Shown here: positions 56,721 to 64,000 of the stretch, in pieces
Layout: each line of letters begins with the position of its first letter
Numbering within the stretch: the stretch's first letter is position 1
Assembly: GCA_965215195.1 (NCBI GenBank)
Contig: CBDCDC010000002.1
Location: 2,272,001-2,336,000, forward strand
Length of the DNA stretch: 64,000 nucleotides
DNA from: Candidatus Latescibacterota bacterium
GTDB taxonomy: Bacteria; Latescibacterota; UBA2968; UBA8231
Direction of reading: 5' to 3'
Program-made: the position numbers and the translations under genes
The notes under the pieces: generated by a model
The model's input: only the letters and a program-made list of their open reading frames with translations
Told to the model about the DNA's origin: nothing
Database searches by the model: none

Positions 56721-59700
56721 GTGTCAAGTGATTACAAAGCAATAACAAAGCATAACGAGGACCAATTGGGAAAGGATACTGCGTCCCGAAAGACGCAGAT
56801 TTCTATGTACTCCGATTCCACTCATTTTATATATGAGATTCTACAGAATGCGGATGACTATGGAGCAAAGGAAGTACTCTTCAAGCTCTCGGAAAAGGAA
56901 CTTTGGATTGAACACGATGGAGAGCCGTTTACTGAGGAAAACGTCAAGGCAATCACTTACTTCGGCCAGAGCACAAGTCGAGAAGACCTTGTCAAGACAG
57001 GTCGTTTTGGCGTTGGCTTCAAGTCGGTCTTCGCTTTCACGGCAACGCCGATCATCATTTCGGGCTGTGAACACTTTCAGATATACGGTCTGTACCGCGT
57101 CAAGGAGCATCCCTATCCAGATGATTTTCCACGTTCTCGCACCCGGATCATTCTTTCTTTTAACCATGAATCCGAGAATCCGGATTATGTGGAAGACTTG
57201 ATATCGCAAGCAGATGCTTACGCAAAAATAGAAGAACGACTGACGAGTCTCAATAAAAACACACTACTGTTCACGCAAAACATTCGGAAGATTCGCTGGG
57301 AGACAAATGACGGCTCAGGACACTATTTACGCGAAGACGATATAAGAGCCTATACGAAAATTATGTCAAACGGTCGACAATTCGGACTTGATTGAGGGTC
57401 AATAAGTAAGGAAAGCGTAGGTTGCCAAGACCTTTTTATTAACAGGAAATCAATTTTCGTATAGGCTCTAAGCAACAATTCCCGAACGACCTCGATTACC
57501 GCCGGAGAACAGGTCAAGAAATACCTTGTGTTTTCACGAGAGCCAAGATGGAAAGACGAGGTGCATAAAACGGTAGATATAGCCTTTGGTATAGACGAGA
57601 AAGGAGAATTGGTACCAGTGCCAACAGAAGAGAGTTTTCTCTACGTCCTCTTTGCTACAAAACAGGAGACCCATCTCAGATTTATACTGAATGGCCCATA
57701 TCGAACAAATCCTGCGCGGGAGACCATCTCGGAATATGATTCTTTTAACAGACACCTTATAAAGGAGACCTGTGATTTGATGGAGGATACGCTACCACAA
57801 ATCCGAAAAAAGGGGCTTCTTACAACTAAATTTTTGGCTGTCCTTCCAAACGGAGGTGATAAGCTGAGGGTTTACAAGTCAATCATGGACAGGCTAGTTG
57901 ATCTATTCAATAACGAAAAGCTGACGCCGATGAAACGCGGTGGCCATGCTCCTGCGTCAGGAATCTACCGGGGAAGCAGACAGTTGTCCGAACTGATTGA
58001 TGACGAAGATTTGGCGACGATTCTTGGAAAAGATCCATCTCTACCCCTATGGGCTGCCAATGCTCCGCAACGAAACCAAGAGGCAGACAATTTTCTGTCT
58101 TTACTCAAAATCTCCGAATGGAAGGAAGAAGGCCTTGTAAGCGAGCTATCTAACCAGCCTGACTTGGTAATGAGATGGCTAAAGAAAAAATCGTACAAGT
58201 GGCATCAAGAATTCTATGCATTGCTTGGCGATTTCTGCACTTGCCCACGATACGCATCTGAATATAGCAAGCTTGAATATAGAGATCGCAAAGAGGTGCT
58301 ATCCAATCTTCCCATCGTCCGTATCAGCGATGGTACTACCTACAAGAAAGGGAAGGACTGCTACTTCCCAAGCGACGATGTGGAACACGATGAAAAATTT
58401 CCCCGTGTCGCCAAAGGCGTCTATTCGTCTGGAAAAAACAAGGATCAGAAGGAAAAAGCTCGCAAATTCCTTGAAAAGATTGGTGTTGATGACGTTGGAG
58501 AAGTCCATCAAGTTGAGGCGATTTTGAAGCAGCGGTACGTAAAAGGTACAATTAATCTCCGCAAGCAACATCACGAAAAAGACTTAAAAAGATTTATTAC
58601 ACTTATTGAGGATAAACCAAGCCAAGCAAACCTATTCAAGGATTACTTTATCTTTGAACTAGACAACGAGCACTGGGGAAGGCCATGCGACCATGTTTTT
58701 ATGGATCGTCCTTATCTCGATACCGGATTGAGAGCCTACTATGAAGCACTTGGCAAAAATTCAAATCGAAAACGAGCACTCTCTCCGAAATATGAAAAGT
58801 ATGGCATAGAGCCAGAAAAGATCGGAGAGTTCGCCAAAGTGGTGGGGGCTCAGATAAAACTGTCTGATGAGGTTGAAGAGCAAGAGATTCCATATCGTCA
58901 TCCCAAACGGGATTATCTATTTAGTGCCCCAGGCGAACGCATACGGAATGAGATCAATACCGACTATACAATTCCTGCATTTAAGGTTCTATTAGATAGC
59001 CCTAATCTCGATAAGGCGCGGCTCATTTGGCGAACGATGGATTCGCTGGATGACAAGTACTTGAAAGCAAAGTATCGGAAAAACGTAAGTGGAGGATTCC
59101 ATTGCGCAGCCTCTAGTCTCGTATACGAGTTAAGGAAGGCAGAATGGGTTCCTCAGAAGTATGGAGAGACTCTCAGTTTTGTACGCCCTTGTGATGCATC
59201 AAGCGATCATCTTCCAGAAGGTTTTCCGTATAAATCTTGGCAAGAGTGGATTTCCAATATTGAATTCGGCAAGAGAAGGAGAAATCGAGAAGAACGGGAA
59301 CGAATAACAAGGGAACAAGCCAATCGAGAATTTCGAGACAAAGAGGAGGCTGCTAAAAATATTGGATTTCCTTCCTATGAGCGCAGTCAAGTGTATGCAA
59401 AGATAGACCGGGAAAATCCCGAAATGCTAGATAAGTTTATTCAGCAACAGGAAACCAAAAGGCAAGAGAAAGCACCAAATAATTCAGACAGTAGAAAAAA
59501 GAAAATCCCTTTCCATAAGGCCCTATCCGAGGCTTTCGTAGCACCTAGCAAAGATGCCGTTGACAATGACACAGGCTATGGAGGTTCCGTTCAAAACCCC
59601 TCACGTCGCCGAGATAGAATCTCAGAAAGCCTCGCCGCCAATATAGAGGCTGAGGACAAGCAGGAAAACCGCTCGTATTTTACTACCGTTAAAAAATGGA

Positions 59701-60101
59701 AGGGTAAAAACGACCAAGTTCGGGTAAGTCTTACTGAATGGTACGGAGGTCAATGTCAGATTTGCGATAAGACCTTCACGCAAAGCAACGGCGAGCCGTA
59801 CTTTGAAGGGCTGTACCTTGTTTCCCACACGACTGCCGAATGGATGGATCGAGTTGGTAATGTCCTCTGCCTCTGCCCCTGGCATAGTGCGATGTTCCAG
59901 TTTGGCCCGAAAGAAGTCGATGAAGACATCATTCAGCAAATTTTACGCTTGAAAGTTCAGGCAGAAGGTGGCGATGGTCAACTCGCAATCAAGTTGCGAT
60001 TATGCGAGGAAGACGTAGAAATCAAATTTGCAGAACGCCACTTGATTGATCTACAAGAAATGATCAAGAAATCTCAGGAGTTAGAAAGTCCTGTTCCTTG
60101 A
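56721..60101 (+). pseudogene. Sacsin-like GHKL ATPase with C-terminal HNH-like domain, interrupted by a MITE
   Basis: FIYEILQNADD, HDGEPF, GRFGVGFKSVF, FILNGPYRTNPARE; C-terminal GQCQIC...NVLCLCPWH; removing 126 bp joins ORFs 56721..57395 and 57528..60101 into one 1084-aa ORF. Confidence 0.85.
57346..57468. mobile_element. 123-bp MITE, IS5-like ends
   Basis: Perfect 17-bp TIRs GAGCCTATACGAAAATT / AATTTTCGTATAGGCTC flanked by a TAA duplication (57343-57345, 57469-57471). Confidence 0.9.
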
Positions 60102-60349
60102 TCCGACACGATGGGCTCCTTATAAAGGCTACCAGAATAAAGCTTTGGCTTTTGCGGCGGGCGATTCAACTTCTCACAAGTTTGGAGATAATCATCAACC
60201 GCTTCTTCAAAAGCGGCCCGCAGTTCGGCGACGGATTCGCCGTGAAAACCAACAATATCATCAATACCTACAATATGCCCGATAAAGCAACCATCGTTGT
60301 TGCTATATTCGATTTGAGCGGCATATTCTTTATAAAGCATTGTGTTCAT
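60074..60349 (-). CDS. hicB: HicB antitoxin, apparently C-terminally truncated
   Basis: MLYKEYAAQIEYS, GFHGESVAELRAAFEEAVDDYL, YSG; then runs into the antisense of the sacsin-like gene end. Confidence 0.85.
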   Translation of the reverse strand: MNTMLYKEYAAQIEYSNNDGCFIGHIVGIDDIVGFHGESVAELRAAFEEAVDDYLQTCEKLNRPPQKPKLYSGSLYKEPIVSDQGTGLSNS

Positions 60350-60600
60350 GGTGTTATTCTTGCCTGTTGTAGAAAACGCCGGGCGTCACGTACTTGATAT
60401 GGCTTTGCCTCTTTCTGAGGATGAGGACGGTGAAAAGTGGCAACAACATTATTCAGTTCAAACCGCACCCGAGAACCTTTGCCTTCAATGGCTCTAGCAC
60501 CAAGTGCCGTAAAAAGTGCTTCTATGCGCCTCCATTCCAGTGTAGTAGGAACTGGCGATCGAAAAATATTGTCCAAAGTGCTCTGATGCTGTTTATTCAT
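60346..60600 (-). CDS. hicA: HicA toxin
   Basis: WRRIEALF.ALGA, EGKGSRVRF, FHRPHPQKEAKPYQV. Confidence 0.92.
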   Translation of the reverse strand: MNKQHQSTLDNIFRSPVPTTLEWRRIEALFTALGARAIEGKGSRVRFELNNVVATFHRPHPQKEAKPYQVRDARRFLQQARITP

Positions 60601-60733
60601 TGACTTTATGACAAAAAATGGCTCGGAGGCCTACGGGTCAAGCATTCAGGGTCTTTGGACATTCTCATTGTAATAAGCGATTTCCTGGCCCATAGTTATA
60701 TAAATAATTGACCATGCTATCCGCAACTCACGC

Positions 60734-61885
60734 CTATTTCGGCCCAGTAATAAAGTCGAGGTAATTCCCTTGATGGACGACCTCAAACGAACTGTCGCGG
60801 TACGCTTGCCGCCAGCCTCCGGGCACCCGGGTGGTGGCTTGAGGCGACCATTTCATTTCAGCGGCGTACAGCCCCCCTCCCCACTCCTCGATCAAGTCGA
60901 TCTCCTGCTGGTCGTAGGTGCGCCAGAAATGGCTCTCGGCCAAGCGCCCCGTATATAGGTTGTACTTCAGTCGTTCGACCAAGACATAGTTCTCCCACAA
61001 GGCCCCCACATCGTCGCGCAGAGACAGGACGTTGAAGTTGTTGATCAGTCCGTTCCTAATGCCATTGTCGTAAAAATAGTACCGCCGGCTCTTGGTAATT
61101 TCCTTGCGGAGATTGCGGCTGAAGCCGCGGCGGCTATAGAGGATATAGGCTTTTTCGAGCAGGTCGAGATAGCGCTCTACCGTGTTCTTGTTCATGCCTA
61201 ATTGGGTTCCCAGTTCCGCCACTGAAACCTCGCGGCCAATCTGAAAAGCGAGCAACTGGAGCAAGCGGAGCAGTTTGTCGGCGTGTCGAACGCCTTCCAA
61301 CTGTAGAATATCTTTGAACAGATAGGAAGCGATTAGTTCCTTTATATAGAGCTGGCGGTCTTCGTTCGACTCCATGAGGACGACCTCCGGGTAAGACCCG
61401 TAGATCAACCGCAGTTCGAGCTGGGCCTTGGTTTGGTGGGCTGTTTCCACCTCCTGCAGTTCGAGCTGGGCCAAGGGCAACAGCAGCAGAGTGTATTTGC
61501 GGCCGGTCAAAGGCTCGCCCGTCTGCTGCGCTAGATCAAAGGAAGAAGACCCCGTGGCGATAATGCGAAGCCCTGCGACGTGATCGGCTAATAGCTTCAG
61601 ATTCAGGCCGATTTGCCGCACGTGCTGGGCTTCGTCGATAATCAATGTGCGCCGTTGGCCGATAAAAGCTCGCAATTTGACCAAGGATTGACTTTCCAAA
61701 TAGTCGCGTACCGTTATATCTTCCCCAGTCACTACGAGGGCGTCGCGGTCGTACTGGTGGACGTAATGCTGAATCAACGTGGTCTTACCCACCCGCCTAG
61801 GACCGTACACCACGGCGACTTTACCGGGAGTAGCGAGGCGCTTGAGTCGAGTAAGTTGTGCTTGGGGAATATAGATATCGGACAT
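60734..61885 (-). CDS. AAA_14 ATPase with DUF4143 domain
   Basis: GPRRVGKTT, IIDEAQ, TGSSS, LTGRK, YFYDNGIRN, ENYV, FWRT..QEIDL, EMKW. Confidence 0.92.
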   Translation of the reverse strand: MSDIYIPQAQLTRLKRLATPGKVAVVYGPRRVGKTTLIQHYVHQYDRDALVVTGEDITVRDYLESQSLVKLRAFIGQRRTLIIDEAQHVRQIGLNLKLLADHVAGLRIIATGSSSFDLAQQTGEPLTGRKYTLLLLPLAQLELQEVETAHQTKAQLELRLIYGSYPEVVLMESNEDRQLYIKELIASYLFKDILQLEGVRHADKLLRLLQLLAFQIGREVSVAELGTQLGMNKNTVERYLDLLEKAYILYSRRGFSRNLRKEITKSRRYYFYDNGIRNGLINNFNVLSLRDDVGALWENYVLVERLKYNLYTGRLAESHFWRTYDQQEIDLIEEWGGGLYAAEMKWSPQATTRVPGGWRQAYRDSSFEVVHQGNYLDFITGPK

Positions 61886-61895
61886 AATGCTAACC

Positions 61896-61911
61896 GAATT
61901 AACGTTAATTC
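61896..61911. promoter_or_regulatory. Perfect 16-bp palindrome (operator candidate)
   Basis: GAATTAACGTTAATTC between a minus-strand TTGACA and the ATG of the AAA-DUF4143 gene. Confidence 0.6.
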
Positions 61912-61950
61912 AGTCATTTGTCAAGCCCACAATCACAGAGCGAGCACCCA

Positions 61951-62736
61951 ATGGAACTGGAAATAACCTCCCTGCACCAAGAACAGTACGAGCGCGACGG
62001 CTTTGCGATCGTCCGCGGCGGCTTTACCGCCAACGAGTGCGACCGCTTTGTCGCCTACATGATGGATCTCCACGCCGGCCGCTTCAGCGTCGAGGGCTAT
62101 CTCCCGCGCCAGCCGGACGATTGGAGCCGCTTAATCAGCCGCAGCCTGCACCATCCGGCCGGCCTAGCTTGGATGCTCGATGCCAGACTGCGCCAGCCGC
62201 TGCGCACCTTCCTTGGGGACGAGCCTGACGGGGTTCAGAGCATGTATTTTTACAAGGGATCCGAGCAACGCCGGCACCAAGACGCCTTTTTCCTGCCGGG
62301 CTGCATGTCGGCTTGGGTCGCTCTCCAGCAAGTCAGCACCCGCAACGGCAGCCTTCGCATTCAGGTGGGCTCCCACAAGAGAGAGCTAATAGAAAAGCGC
62401 CATTTCCGCTGCGATGAAAACGGCGAGCCGGGCCCTTGGTATGGCTGGAGCCAAGACGACGCCTTTGATGCCCTTTTCGCCCGCAACGAGTTGCCGGAAA
62501 TTGCCATTGAAGCGGCCCAAGGCGACGTCGTGTTCTTCAACGGCCGCTCAATCCACCGCGGCGGCCCCATTTTGGACGAGGACGCTTTTCGCCATAGTTG
62601 GGCCGGCCACTACATTCCCCGCTCCTACAATCCGTGGCCCTACGAGAGCCACCCCCGATTGCGCGTCTCCTTTGACGGCGTGTGCCGCTTTACGCCCACG
62701 CACGGAGACCGCTTCGCCGTCTATGAGGTGCGGTAA
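61951..62736 (+). CDS. PhyH-family dioxygenase
   Basis: RHQD, WVAL, NGSLRIQVGSH, IHRGG..RHSWAGHY. Confidence 0.9.
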   Translation: MELEITSLHQEQYERDGFAIVRGGFTANECDRFVAYMMDLHAGRFSVEGYLPRQPDDWSRLISRSLHHPAGLAWMLDARLRQPLRTFLGDEPDGVQSMYFYKGSEQRRHQDAFFLPGCMSAWVALQQVSTRNGSLRIQVGSHKRELIEKRHFRCDENGEPGPWYGWSQDDAFDALFARNELPEIAIEAAQGDVVFFNGRSIHRGGPILDEDAFRHSWAGHYIPRSYNPWPYESHPRLRVSFDGVCRFTPTHGDRFAVYEVR

Positions 62737-62756
62737 AGCCAAGGAGGAGGTTGACC

Positions 62757-64000
62757 ATGAAGCTGTGGATGGATGTAATGCGCGACCTCGAGAGCGTGAT
62801 GAACGATCACGAGCGCATACTCGATGCTTGGGCCGAGGGCGGCGTCGACGGCGTCGTGTTCGGCCCACTCGTGTTCGGCACTGCGAAACTGTCGAAGCAG
62901 GCCGTGTCCGCTCCCAGCGGCGATGTCGTGGCGGATGCGTACGATCCGAACCCGGCTGTGTACGCGCGACTCGGAGTCGAGCCGCCGCCGCCGCCGGAAC
63001 AGAAGCTGCCCGAGAAAAGGGCTCTGCTAGAAAAGACCATGAACGCCGCCAAGGACCGCGGCATGCAGGTCTATTGCATGTACGCCGATGGCGGTGCCGG
63101 TCCAGGAGGTACGGGCCACCACCTGCACGACGACAAGACGCTGGCATCGCGGGTGGCGCGCATGGTCGACGCGCTAGAGCACTTCCCAATGGCGGATGGC
63201 GCGGTGATGGACGGGCCGGAGTGGGGGTACGAAATCGCCCCTCATCACATGAACCACCGCTCCTACTTCTTTCACGACCTGCCGCAATCTGTGGCACCGA
63301 TGGCCGAGGATCTGGGGTACGACTACGAGGCCATGGTGGCCGCCAAAGACAGGCTCCGGTCCCTGCTTCACAACCTCGACCCGGTGCGCATCCGCGCACA
63401 CGCCCGCGGCGGTCTAGTCGGAGCCTACCGCATGCTCGGCGCCGATCCCGACCTGATGGCTTGGCTGTCGTTTCGGGCCGACTCCCTGACGCGCTATTTT
63501 CGCCGCATCCGCGCCGGCGTCGCCGCCGAGTTGGATCACCCGGTGCGCTTGGGATGCGGCCCGCGCTCGGCCGCCTTCGCGCCCTTGTGCGGGTACGACT
63601 TCGTCGATCTGGCCCAGTTCATGGATTTCCTGCTGCCGAAGCACTACTTCTTTCACCGCGGCTTCGACGGCTTTCTCGGCACGGTCTATCGCTACTCGCA
63701 GACGCTTTTGGAGTGGAATCCGGGGATCAGCGTGGCCGACACCCTCGATGTCGTGCAGGCCCTCTTCGGCATCGTCCTGCCGGGGGTGGGCGACGACATG
63801 CTCGATTTCGAGAGCGCCCTCAATCCAGAGTTTTTCGCGCAGGTGGTAACGCAGGAGACGCAACGGGCGCTGGCCTCGGTCGACGACCCGCAGCGCATCG
63901 TGCCCTGGCTCGACAGCGGTCGCTTTCCCCACGACGGCGACCCAATGTCGGCGCGCGACCTCAAGATGTTGCTCGACGCGGCCGAGGCCGCAGGGCTCAG
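62757..64000 (+). CDS. Hypothetical protein, possibly TIM-barrel glycoside-hydrolase-like; truncated by the window edge
   Basis: SD AGGAGG, ATG 62757, open frame MKLWMDVMRDLE...DGAVMDGPEWGYE... to the window end; absent from the ORF track because it has no stop. Confidence 0.8.
   Translation, partial: MKLWMDVMRDLESVMNDHERILDAWAEGGVDGVVFGPLVFGTAKLSKQAVSAPSGDVVADAYDPNPAVYARLGVEPPPPPEQKLPEKRALLEKTMNAAKDRGMQVYCMYADGGAGPGGTGHHLHDDKTLASRVARMVDALEHFPMADGAVMDGPEWGYEIAPHHMNHRSYFFHDLPQSVAPMAEDLGYDYEAMVAAKDRLRSLLHNLDPVRIRAHARGGLVGAYRMLGADPDLMAWLSFRADSLTRYFRRIRAGVAAELDHPVRLGCGPRSAAFAPLCGYDFVDLAQFMDFLLPKHYFFHRGFDGFLGTVYRYSQTLLEWNPGISVADTLDVVQALFGIVLPGVGDDMLDFESALNPEFFAQVVTQETQRALASVDDPQRIVPWLDSGRFPHDGDPMSARDLKMLLDAAEAAGL

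Overview
GC-rich bacterial chromosome segment. Seven PhyH-family dioxygenases, many TA modules, a TPR protein and MacB-like permeases suggest a Latescibacterota/Poribacteria-like sponge symbiont, but the taxonomy is only inferred. Housekeeping and metabolic genes (aspS, glcB, infC with an ATC start, zapA, csp, tRNA-Glu(CTC), SulP, CPA2-RCK antiporter, PfkB kinase) alternate with accessory inserts. Main points: (1) a sigma54-driven minus-strand operon with a consensus -24/-12 promoter and tandem enhancer boxes, encoding two MacB-like permeases, a Cys-type alpha/beta hydrolase, a 45-aa membrane peptide, a TPR protein and a glycosyltransferase-transglutaminase fusion, with a likely cognate NtrC/histidine-kinase pair on the opposite strand; (2) an Asn/Asp-rich leader peptide with antiterminator and terminator in front of a non-discriminating-type aspS; (3) a candidate defence locus of an SNF2 helicase and a sacsin-like GHKL ATPase/HNH protein, the latter split by a precise 123-bp MITE, with a duplicated helicase 3' end bracketing a TA cassette; (4) an IS4-like MITE family carrying a REP-like hairpin; (5) an AAA ATPase + DUF4276-like pair, two PhyH paralogues lacking the facial-triad carboxylate, and many decayed TA fragments, two of them fused in frame to unrelated genes. 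All family calls come from motif recognition by eye; no searches were run.
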